A stretch of 64,000 nt of DNA from a bacterium (GTDB taxonomy: Bacteria > Bacteroidota > Ignavibacteria > Kapaibacteriales > UBA2268). Of the stretch, positions 17,818-27,500 are shown piece by piece; the first letter of the stretch is position 1, and the number at the start of each line of letters is the position of its first letter. The notes beneath the pieces are model-generated. The model ran no database searches. It was given only the letters and a program-made list of their open reading frames with translations, and had not been told where the DNA came from. The stretch lies in assembly GCA_037127915.1 (NCBI GenBank), contig JBAXXL010000020.1:1822-65821 (forward strand), read 5' to 3'. The translations under genes and the position numbers were made by a program.

Positions 17818-19653
17818 TTAGTTTTCGTAATTGATAGCGCCGGTTGCTGTGGTGTCGATTGTGTTTGCGGTTTCACCGGTATTATAATACGTAGGGTAGA
17901 AATGCTGCATCATTAATTCGCGTGCAATAGGCGCGGCAACGTCGGCACCGGCCCCGGCATTTTCGACCAACACAGCTATGGCGATGGTTGGTTTGTCCAT
18001 AGGAGCGAAGCATACGAACCAGGAATGGGATGCACCGTGAGGGTTTTGCGCTGTACCTGTTTTACCGCATACGTTTTTGCCGCCTATAGCCGCCGATCCT
18101 CCCGTACCACCGGAGTTCACCACTCGGTACATACCTTCTTTTACGGCGTTTATAGATGTTCTCGTTAGCGGCAGACGGGTAACCTGATAATTCAGCATTT
18201 CCAATTTACCGGAAAAATGGTTTTTCAAATATCCCACTACGTGAGGTTGAATCAGTAATCCGCCATTTGCTATAGCCGACACATAGACCGCCATTTGCAG
18301 TGGAGTAACTAAAATCTCGCCTTGGCCAATACCGAAGTTTGCTAAGCGGCCCTGAACCGTAGCGAATTTACCATATCTCTTTTTCAGAAATTCTTCACTA
18401 GGCAGTAATCCCCGCGATTCACCGGCAATGTCGATGCCAGTAACTTGACCAAAATTGAAATATGTAGCCCATTTATAAAAATTCTTAAATCCTAATTTGA
18501 CGCCGAGTTTACCGAAGTATGAATTACACGATGCTTTAAGCGCATTTCTAACGCTGACATTACCGTGGACCCCGTGGCAAGGCAGAATCTTGGTTCCCAT
18601 TTTATACCCGCCGGTACATAGGATAGGAGTGTTTTCGGTGATTATGTTTTCACCCATACCGGCTAATGCGGTCATCATTTTCCAGGTTGAACCCGGAGGA
18701 TAGCGTGCGGAAATGGCACGGTTAAAAAGAGGTTTGTTTTTATCGGCATAGAGTTTACTTAAGTATTCTCTGTCAATTTTACCGCTGAATTTCTGAACAT
18801 CAAAATCCGGTGCGCTCGCCATAGCTAAAACATCGCCATTGTTTGGGTCTATTACAACCACTGCACCCCGTCTTCCTCGCAATAGTGCTTCTGCGCGCTT
18901 TTGCAAATCCAGGTCTATTGTCAAATAAAGGTCCGATCCATTTACAGCCGGAACCTGCATCTTTTCTATTCCCAGCGCTTGTACTTTTTCACCAAATTTA
19001 TTGATAGTAAAGAAATTAAACCCGTCCTTGCCTCGGAGAATATCTTCGTAAGTGCTTTCAACACCGCTTTGGCCTATAATATCGCCCATTCCATAATAAG
19101 GTGATTGCTTAAGCTGTTGTTCGGTAATCTCACGGGTATAACCCAAGACGTGTGCTAAATGGCAAGGTAAATTGTACTTTCTCTTCGATTCGGGCTTTAC
19201 TTCCACACCCGGCAGATAATCGCTAAATTCTTCGATTTGAGATACAATCGAAAAAGCGGCACTATCGATAATTTTTATCGGTGCAAACTTTGTAAAACCA
19301 CGCTTTGATTTGTAAATTTTATATTTAATGAGTTTAGGCGAAAGACCAGTTATCTGCGATAGTAATGGTAAGGAATGTTCACGAAAATCTATTGGAGTAA
19401 CCGTAATGCTGAACAAAACATCGTTATAAACAATTAGCTGACCATTCCTATCGTACATATTTCCACGAGAAGGAACGATTTTATTCTTTTTTACAGCTTG
19501 GGCGCGGCTTTGTTCGGAATATTGGGAACTTGAGAGTTGTAGTTGTGCGAGTTTGCCAATATATGCCACAGCAAATAAAATAATGACCGCGAAAAACAAT
19601 TTCTTCCTTATACCGGATGCGAAAGTGTCGGTGGATTCGAATAGTTTGTCCAT
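17818..19653 (-). CDS. Penicillin-binding protein 2-like peptidoglycan D,D-transpeptidase (MrdA/FtsI family)
   Basis: N-terminal TM anchor and dimerisation region (YDRNGQLIVYN). The transpeptidase motifs are STWK (SxxK), SCN (SxN) and KTGTA (KTG). Confidence 0.85.
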   Translation of the reverse strand: MDKLFESTDTFASGIRKKLFFAVIILFAVAYIGKLAQLQLSSSQYSEQSRAQAVKKNKIVPSRGNMYDRNGQLIVYNDVLFSITVTPIDFREHSLPLLSQITGLSPKLIKYKIYKSKRGFTKFAPIKIIDSAAFSIVSQIEEFSDYLPGVEVKPESKRKYNLPCHLAHVLGYTREITEQQLKQSPYYGMGDIIGQSGVESTYEDILRGKDGFNFFTINKFGEKVQALGIEKMQVPAVNGSDLYLTIDLDLQKRAEALLRGRRGAVVVIDPNNGDVLAMASAPDFDVQKFSGKIDREYLSKLYADKNKPLFNRAISARYPPGSTWKMMTALAGMGENIITENTPILCTGGYKMGTKILPCHGVHGNVSVRNALKASCNSYFGKLGVKLGFKNFYKWATYFNFGQVTGIDIAGESRGLLPSEEFLKKRYGKFATVQGRLANFGIGQGEILVTPLQMAVYVSAIANGGLLIQPHVVGYLKNHFSGKLEMLNYQVTRLPLTRTSINAVKEGMYRVVNSGGTGGSAAIGGKNVCGKTGTAQNPHGASHSWFVCFAPMDKPTIAIAVLVENAGAGADVAAPIARELMMQHFYPTYYNTGETANTIDTTATGAINYEN

Positions 19654-19670
19654 TTTAAATTACTACTTTA

Positions 19671-20312
19671 TTATAGTTCATCGCTTATTAAATCCTGTAA
19701 TTCGTCATATCCTGCACCACGGCGCTGAATAACGAATTCGTCTTGAGTTAAATCTATAACAGTAGATTCACCGACAAAATGGTGTTCATTGGTTCGCACG
19801 CAAACATCGACCAACTTCATAAAAGCGTTTATTGTATCTTCGTTATCATCAAATTCGGGTTTGTCAGGTAGTTTTGCAGTTAAGCAAATAAGCGGTTCGC
19901 CCAATTCCGTCAATAGTGCCTTGCAAAGACGGTTATCAGGGATACGTATACCGGATGTCTTTCGCTTGGGATTATACGAATACTTGGGAACATTTTTGGA
20001 AGCAGGGAGAATAAAGGTATATGGTCCGGGTGTCAGGCGTTTAATCATCTTATAGGCGTTGTTTTCAACCTTAGCATATTCCGAAATATTAGATATATCA
20101 AGGCATAGGAATGTCATAGGGTGGTCGGTATCCATTTGGCGGATACGGCGGAGTTTCGTAATAGCTTCCTTATTGCTTAGTTTACAACCCAATGAATATC
20201 CCGTATCAGTTGGATACAATATAACACCGCCCGAGTGCAGAACTTCAATGATCTTATGAATTTTCTGTTTCTCGGGGGTTTCGTAATGTATTGTATATAC
20301 TGTTGCCGGCAT
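19671..20312 (-). CDS. Sua5/YciO/YrdC/YwlC-family protein (L-threonylcarbamoyladenylate synthase-like)
   Basis: 213 aa with the YrdC-domain signature LYPTDTGYSLGC...KL.RIR. It lacks a Sua5 C-terminal domain. Confidence 0.7.
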   Translation of the reverse strand: MPATVYTIHYETPEKQKIHKIIEVLHSGGVILYPTDTGYSLGCKLSNKEAITKLRRIRQMDTDHPMTFLCLDISNISEYAKVENNAYKMIKRLTPGPYTFILPASKNVPKYSYNPKRKTSGIRIPDNRLCKALLTELGEPLICLTAKLPDKPEFDDNEDTINAFMKLVDVCVRTNEHHFVGESTVIDLTQDEFVIQRRGAGYDELQDLISDEL

Positions 20313-20323
20313 AGTATCCTATA

Positions 20324-21349
20324 TTAATAATCCATTTTTTCTGATAATTTTACTTTCCCTCGGAAAACTCTGTATATATATAATGTGTAAATTATAACCG
20401 GCGGCAAACCGATAGCGGCAATAATTAGCATAGTTTTCAGAGTCAATTGTGACGAAGCTGAGTTATATATATTTAGATTGAACTCCGACAAGAGCGAAGA
20501 AAAGACAATATTCGGGAACATTGCAACAACAATCATAGTCATTAGTAGTGCGATTCCCACCGATGAAAATACAAAAGCCGGTTTATATTTCTTCTTTAAA
20601 ATATGTATAATCAAGAAAGTATAAATCACCAAAACAAAAATCGGAATAACAATTAATAGGGGATTTGCAGTATAATTAGCTGTCAAATGCGTTTGGAACA
20701 TTCCGGTTATCAAAACCGCAATTATACATAGAGCCGCTATTGGATAGGTGTATTTCAATTTGTGAATGAACGATTTTTCAACCTCTCCATCGGATTTCAC
20801 AATAGCATAGATATTGCCGTGCAATGCGAATACCGCTACTGTTCCTATTCCAAAAAGCAGTGAGAACGGATTTAATAAACCGAGAAGTGAGATATTGATT
20901 TCTTTATCAACTCCCATCGGTACACCGTGAAGAACATTGCCCAAGGCAGTGCCTAATAGCAATGCTATCAACAATGATGATATGCCAAATGCGGCATCCC
21001 AAACCTTTCTCCAGCTTTTATTTTCCATTTTATTGCGTATTTCGATACCGGTAGCACGGAATAATATAGCTAACATAAGCACTATGATAGCAAGATAAAA
21101 TCCAGAAAATACTGAAGAATACACGTGTGGAAACGCGGCGAATAATGCTCCACCACCAGTTATAAGCCACACTTCGTTTTCGTCCCATACAGGACCGATT
21201 GATTTTGTAATAGTATTACGTTCGTCTTCGCTTTTTGAAAATAAATGAAGAATCCCGCAACCTAAGTCAAAACCTTCTAAGATTGCATAAACAGTGAGTA
21301 ATACACCCACTAATACAAACCATATTACATTGTAAGTTATTGGTTCCAT
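20324..21349 (-). CDS. cydB: Cytochrome bd ubiquinol oxidase subunit II
   Basis: Strong N-terminal match to CydB (NVIWFVLVGVLLTVYAILEGFDLGCG...VWDENEVWLITGGGALFAAFPHVYSSVFSGFYLAIIVLMLAILFR). Polytopic membrane protein of 341 aa. Confidence 0.8.
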   Translation of the reverse strand: MEPITYNVIWFVLVGVLLTVYAILEGFDLGCGILHLFSKSEDERNTITKSIGPVWDENEVWLITGGGALFAAFPHVYSSVFSGFYLAIIVLMLAILFRATGIEIRNKMENKSWRKVWDAAFGISSLLIALLLGTALGNVLHGVPMGVDKEINISLLGLLNPFSLLFGIGTVAVFALHGNIYAIVKSDGEVEKSFIHKLKYTYPIAALCIIAVLITGMFQTHLTANYTANPLLIVIPIFVLVIYTFLIIHILKKKYKPAFVFSSVGIALLMTMIVVAMFPNIVFSSLLSEFNLNIYNSASSQLTLKTMLIIAAIGLPPVIIYTLYIYRVFRGKVKLSEKMDY

Positions 21350-21939
21350 TATCTTACCAAGTACTTGTTTAACATACCAATTAAGTCTTTTTTACCGAGT
21401 CCGCTTTCAGAAGAATAAGCCAGAACATCCATCAATCCATCGCATTGAGCGAGTAAGTTCAATAGTTGCTCACGGCGTTCTTTGATTTCCTTATCGGCAA
21501 TTTTGTCACATTTTGTTAATATGACGATAAAACGTTTATTATTATTTACAAGCCATTCGAGCAAAGCTAAATCTTTCGGCTGAGGGTCGTGCCGGCTGTC
21601 AATCAGACAGCAGACAAATTTTAAATCCCTGCGGGTTTCGAAATATATAAAGATGAGTAATTCCCAATAGCTTCGGGTTTTTTTTGAAATACTGGCATAT
21701 CCGAAACCGGGTAAATCGACTAAACTCCATTTATCATCCACTACGTAAAAATTTATTGTCTGTGTTTTCCCGGGGGAAGAACTGGTGCGTGCTAAATTCT
21801 TTCTGTTGATAATAGAATTGAGTAATGACGATTTACCAACATTTGAACGTCCGGCAAAAGCTACTTCCGGAAGATTCAAATTGGGAAATTCATTTTCGTG
21901 GTCAGCGGCCGCGACAAAGTTTGCTTCAAAGGCTCTCAT
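21349..21939 (-). CDS. engB: Ribosome biogenesis GTP-binding protein YihA/EngB
   Basis: G1 motif GRSNVGKSS, DLPGFGY, and TKCDK (NKxD-like). 196 aa, typical for EngB. Confidence 0.8.
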   Translation of the reverse strand: MRAFEANFVAAADHENEFPNLNLPEVAFAGRSNVGKSSLLNSIINRKNLARTSSSPGKTQTINFYVVDDKWSLVDLPGFGYASISKKTRSYWELLIFIYFETRRDLKFVCCLIDSRHDPQPKDLALLEWLVNNNKRFIVILTKCDKIADKEIKERREQLLNLLAQCDGLMDVLAYSSESGLGKKDLIGMLNKYLVR

Positions 21940-22970
21940 TAAAATCCGGCTAAATAATCATTAAGTCTGCGGGCAGTTCTATTTTTCCAATTGTTTTTGT
22001 GGTAGCCGTATCCAACGATTAGCGGCATAGCCATTGTTGCTTCGGCGAATACCATTTGTTCGTAAGTGGTTTCAACCTTACCCCATGAACTTGCTTCTTT
22101 CAATGTTGAACCGCTTAGCGCGCCATCGCGTTCGTCGGCAACAGTGATTTGTATAGCATATTTGTGCATATCGGCTTCTTCGCCCAATACTTCAGCGGCA
22201 ACGACAACGTCCTGAGTGAAGTTTTTAGGAACACCGCCGCCAATCATAAATATACCGGTTGTTTTCATTTCAATTTTTGTACGGGTTAATTCAAGGAAAT
22301 CTTTTGCTGAATCCAATGTAACAACATCGCCTTTTGTAAAGTATTGATGATGAACCAATCCGAAACCTGCTGAGCAATCCGAAAATGCAGGACAGAAAAT
22401 AGGAACACCTTTTTCATAAGCGGTACGGATGATAGAGCCTTGACCTTTGTCGTTATCTACTAACCACGCGCCAACTTCTGTTAAAAATTCACGTGAGCTG
22501 TATGGACGAGGTTCTAATGAATTAGCTATCTCCGCAATTGTCATATCGCATACGCGCAAATCATCTTCATCTATATATGTATCGTAAATACGATCAATCA
22601 TCAAATCTCTTAGCACATTATCATCTACAAACGGAGTACCTTGATAGTGCAAAAATCCCAGAGCTTCCAAGAAATCTTGGTCAACTATATTTGCGCCGGT
22701 CGATACGATAACGTCGCACATATTGGTTTCGAGCATATCGACAACAACTTGTTTCAAACCCGCGGAAATCAGCGACCCTGCCAAAGTTAAATAAACGCCG
22801 CATTCTTTTTCTGCAACCATCATATCAAAAATTGTAGCGGCGCGGTGTAGATTTCTTGCTTGGAAAGCCATTCCGCCCATTGCGTCAACAAGTTCAACAA
22901 CGTTGTGTTTTTTTACGTCAATATGACGAACGATTTTATCGGGATTGAGATAATCTCTTTTATCAGCCAT
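21939..22970 (-). CDS. Deoxyhypusine synthase-like protein
   Basis: Blocks matching the DHS family: PIFCPAFSDCSAGFGL, MIGGGVPKNF, EASSWGKV. Confidence 0.65.
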   Translation of the reverse strand: MADKRDYLNPDKIVRHIDVKKHNVVELVDAMGGMAFQARNLHRAATIFDMMVAEKECGVYLTLAGSLISAGLKQVVVDMLETNMCDVIVSTGANIVDQDFLEALGFLHYQGTPFVDDNVLRDLMIDRIYDTYIDEDDLRVCDMTIAEIANSLEPRPYSSREFLTEVGAWLVDNDKGQGSIIRTAYEKGVPIFCPAFSDCSAGFGLVHHQYFTKGDVVTLDSAKDFLELTRTKIEMKTTGIFMIGGGVPKNFTQDVVVAAEVLGEEADMHKYAIQITVADERDGALSGSTLKEASSWGKVETTYEQMVFAEATMAMPLIVGYGYHKNNWKNRTARRLNDYLAGF

Positions 22971-23509
22971 TTTAAATATATCCTATTTATTTTAACAATT
23001 ATAATTTACACATTTATATATAAAACATTATAAACAAATTTCCAAAGAAATAACTTCTATAATATTCAAAAATAATCAATTAATACCTAATAAAAAACTG
23101 CCTTCGGCAGATTATTATTTTATTAATATCCATTACAGCGTAGAGGCGTTGCATGCAACGTCTTCTTTTTAGTGAAAAAAGAGGGAAAAACCGATTATAA
23201 GATTGAATGTATTCTTAAATATAAACGAGAATACTGCTAAATCAACGAATATTTTATTTTATCAATCCCATTATATAAACCAAATTCAAAAAAGTGTACA
23301 TAAATTTGTACACTAGGTATACTTTTTCAATAAATATTCCAATTGTTTTCAAAAAAAGTGAAAATAATTTCAAAAAAGCGTTGTTTTTGTCGAATATTCA
23401 TATCGTGAATTCAAATTATATTTGTATTTTTGTCCTGTTGAATTAACAATTATTAACAAATAATGTCAGAATAAGTAAAATTATTTTTAGTTTATAATAA
23501 GAAGTAACA

Positions 23510-23755
23510 ATGATGAGGAATTTTAAATATATTTTCTCAATAATAGCGGTTTTACAACTACTACAAGTATTTCATAGTGTTAATACCGAACAAAAAAAAT
23601 CCTCAACCAAAACTCCACTCCCAAAAGTAAAATTAAACCCAAATATAGATTCTGACGAATATAAGTATCTTAGTTATATAGAAATTAATAATATTTTATA
23701 TAAATGGCATAGTGCCAAAAATGGTTTTTTAATTTATTTAGGAGTTTTATTATGA
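23510..23755 (+). CDS. Small hypothetical secreted protein (81 aa)
   Basis: N-terminal hydrophobic segment. The stop overlaps the next start (ATGA). No homology recognised. Confidence 0.3.
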   Translation: MMRNFKYIFSIIAVLQLLQVFHSVNTEQKKSSTKTPLPKVKLNPNIDSDEYKYLSYIEINNILYKWHSAKNGFLIYLGVLL

Positions 23756-24549
23756 AAAGATTCTTTCTTGTTCTTGCTACGATGGTGGTTTCACTGCCGT
23801 TGTTTTTCTTTAATGTTAATGCTTCACCCCCGGATGAATGCTTAGAAATGATTTTCCCAAATGATTACCATCAAGTTTGGAATGAAGAATGGAAAAAATG
23901 GGACTGGGTCGGTTCTATTAATCTGGATTCTATTAAATATGATACTTGTAAAGATTCACCAACATACGGGAAAAAATTTGCTAAGAAATACTTTATGATT
24001 CAGTTTATTAAGAACTATTACCCTTTCGATAATATATTGGATACAAATGAAGTAAAGCATATTAGCGATATATCAGAATCAAAGCCCGAACTAAAACTTA
24101 AATTTCAACAATTACAGGAAATTTTTGGAGAAATTAATTTTAAAGGTCTTGATAAAATTTTACCAAAAGAAAGCGTATTAGGGAATCCACGGTGTAGAAT
24201 ATATTTTGATGAATATCAAGATTATGAATCAATAGAGCAATATGTTTTGCATAATATTGATTCAGTTAAAAATTTCCTTTATGAGAATCGTACCTTTATT
24301 CCTTTGAATGTTGATGATTATAGAATTGTCCAAAATACACTTATAATCGAACCGGTTCCAGCGACAAACTTAATTAAGATCAAACTTAATAATAATCCAT
24401 TATCAAAAGAAATAATTGAGATTTTCAACAATAGTGGGAGGAAAATAAAAGAATTACCATTTATTGAAGATATTAATATTTCCGATTTACCGAATGGTAT
24501 ATATTTTGTGAAATGTGGTAACCAAACCGGTAAATTTATTAAGGAGTAA
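23752..24549 (+). CDS. T9SS-secreted protein consisting of a conserved N-domain (about 170 aa) shared with the downstream S8 protease, plus a T9SS CTD
   Basis: Signal peptide. DECLEMIFPNDYHQVWNEEWKKWDWVGSINLDSIKYDTCKDSPTYGKKFAKKYF... is about 65% identical to residues 28-190 of 24555-29441. The C-terminus (ISDLPNGIYFVKCGNQTGKFIKE) is a T9SS CTD. Confidence 0.65.
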   Translation: MKRFFLVLATMVVSLPLFFFNVNASPPDECLEMIFPNDYHQVWNEEWKKWDWVGSINLDSIKYDTCKDSPTYGKKFAKKYFMIQFIKNYYPFDNILDTNEVKHISDISESKPELKLKFQQLQEIFGEINFKGLDKILPKESVLGNPRCRIYFDEYQDYESIEQYVLHNIDSVKNFLYENRTFIPLNVDDYRIVQNTLIIEPVPATNLIKIKLNNNPLSKEIIEIFNNSGRKIKELPFIEDINISDLPNGIYFVKCGNQTGKFIKE

Positions 24550-24554
24550 ATGGT

Positions 24555-27500
24555 ATGAGAAGGGAGATTATAATACTTGCGCTTATGGCTATTTTAGGAA
24601 TTTTAACAAGTTTAAAAGCACAGCCAAAAGTTGATAATAATTGTTTGGAAATGATTTATCCAAATGATTACCATAAAGAGTGGAATGAAGAATGGAAAAA
24701 ATGGGATTGGGAAGGTTCAATTAACTTGGATTCTATTAAAATTGATACTTGCAAAGATTCACCTACATTTGGCAAACGCTTTGCCAAAAAATATTTCATA
24801 ATACAGTTTATGAAAAACCAATATCCGTTTGATAAAGGATTAGATACCGGAGAAACAAGAGGATATAACTATATTTCAAATACAAAACCGGAGCTTAAGG
24901 AAAAGTTTAAAAAGCTTGAGGAAAAATTTGGTAAGTTTTATTTTAAAGGATTGGACAAAAAATTAACTGAAAAAATGATATTATTTAATCCAAAATGTAG
25001 AATTTATTTCGATGATTATAAATGTATAGATGATATTGTACAATATATAAAAATGAATTTTTCTTCTGTAAAGAACATTAAATTTCAAAACAGATCTATT
25101 ATTTTGCTAACAGTACCAAATGACAAGGCATTAAGACAAAATTTATCTGGATCATCAATTCACAGCGCGTTAGACTTTTTTCCTAGGCATTGGAAACATT
25201 CGGGATTCCAATCTGAGATATATGAAATGAAGAGTCCCTTAGCATGGGAAATAACAATGGGCAAGCCTCAAATAAAAATAGCTTTCTCAGATGTCTTTAT
25301 ATTTCCAACAATTCACCCTGATGTATATCCAAATCATGAAACTCCCAGCAGTGGTGATGGTATAGAGGAATATGATCAGCTAGGTGATAACCATGGTCTT
25401 TATACTACATCAAATGCTGTAGCATTAGCTAATAATAATTATCCAATGGTTGGATCTGCACCAAAATGCCATGCTTTATCTATATACTATGAGATAAACA
25501 ATGTAAGTGATGCAGATGCTGATGGTTTAATTAACGAACGTAAGTTATTCCCCGATGTAAGAAATTGTAGTTATGGATCAAACAATTTGAGAAGAGTATC
25601 AAGATTACTTCCTAATGATATTGATTCAGGTATAGTTGTTGTAGCATCAGCTGGGAATGATAGAACTTGTTTGAATGGGGCATATCATGCTGCTTCTCAA
25701 ATATTGCCAGATGGAAGTATTCGTTTTATTCCAACAACTGTTTTCCCTGCGGCTACTGTATTTGCGGATCCATTATACCCTACTGATGCAACAAAAGATT
25801 ATAGGCCGATAGCTGTTGGGGCTACCAAAAGCGGAATTTTAAAAAATATGAATTGTGATTTGTGGGAAAACGGAGTTAATGATTCAGCCAATTATTCAAA
25901 TCAAATTCAATTTAGGGATATTTACAATTTTTCGCCAGATGTAAATAAATTTGATATTAATAGCGATATAGTGAAGTATCGAGATTCGATAACACTTGAT
26001 ACCTTATACTTCTATTCAAGGCAATTAGCTAAAGAAAAGGCATTTGTTGATGTGGTAGCTCCTGGAGACGGTATTGTTTGCGCCGACGGAGCAGATGACT
26101 ATACAATGAAATCAGGCACTTCTATGAGCGGACCTTTTGTAGCAGGTATCTGTGGGTTAATGTTATCTGTTAATAAATTTATGGGTGTACCGTTAACTTT
26201 ACCTGTAGATAGTTTATATACCAAACCAATTTGCGGTACGGACGTACAAAGGAAAGCGTATGATATAATAACCTTTACTGCCAAAAAAATACCGGATTTT
26301 GAAAATTTCACAAGAGGTGCCTTGATACAACATGGTACAGAACACTATTTATCCTATCAATTTTATGATGGAAGACCATATCAATATGAATATGTAACTC
26401 AATGGAACGACAAATTAAAACGTAGTTGGGCTCAAAGAGTAGGTTTTGGATTAGTGGATGCATATCGAGCAGTTGCTCATTCAATCCGCCAAAAAGGGCA
26501 GTATGTTTATACTATTGGAACAACAAACTATAATTTACCAATGTATTTTGATAATGGAGTCTTACCAACCCCTGACCCAAGAGGATACTTCAACCCTGAT
26601 AGTATTCGAATTATGCATTGGGGTTCTCAGGTAAATGAAGGTAATCTTGAATTTGAGTTAGCAAATTGGCGTGGACAAACGTCAGGTAACGATGGTATTT
26701 ACAATGTACTTGATTGGGGTGGTGCTTCGCTTCCCAACGAAACGCACAACAACCAAGGCGTTACACGAATCAACTCAGATGATCCGGCTTTTAGGCGTCA
26801 TATTACTGTACAGGATTCTTCGATATTAGCTATAGATGGTATTTTAATTTCGGACCAACCGACGGCTTGCCATTATGTAACTACATCATCAACTGACACA
26901 TCAGAATCGGTTATATTAATGGAAGGTTTAATAAAAAATGTTGAAATTACCGGTAATTTGAAAATTGGTGATTTAATTATAGAATCTTCAATTGATAATG
27001 GTATCGGCGGTGTTCCCGGATGTGTCGGTTTCTCAAGTCAATTGGAAAATAATTATGGTGAAATCTATGGTGAAGTATTTGTGAATAACAAAGCATTGCT
27101 ATATGCTTGGAGCAATTTAAAGACACAACCCGGTAGTTTCATCCATTTAAACGGTGAGAAGGATATGTATCTTTATGGAACTTCCATTATGACAATGAGA
27201 AATAATTCCGGCATTGATGGTTTAGAAGATCGTAAAATCGTTGTTACCGCCCAAGCTGAATTATTTATAGAAGATAGTGCTATAGTTGATATCGATTGCG
27301 AAATCAATGTATTAGCAGGCGGAAAATTAACATTAGGAACTAAGGCAGTAGCAAAAATAAAAAAACTGAACATAGAAGCAGGTGCAACTGTTACTGTTCC
27401 ATCCGGTGCTGTTATGGCTTTGAAAGACCCAGAGCATATAGTAAATGGCAACTTTTATGTAGGTAATGCACCAAGCCTGCACGGTACTGCAAAAGTTATC

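Noticed and set aside
23130-23175. Hairpin plus T-tract (gaggcgttgcatgcaacgtcttc ttttt) as a plus-strand terminator
   Set aside because: No plus-strand gene lies upstream; the neighbouring gene 21939-22970 is on the minus strand and starts at 22970. It may be incidental structure in an AT-rich divergent promoter region and is left unannotated.
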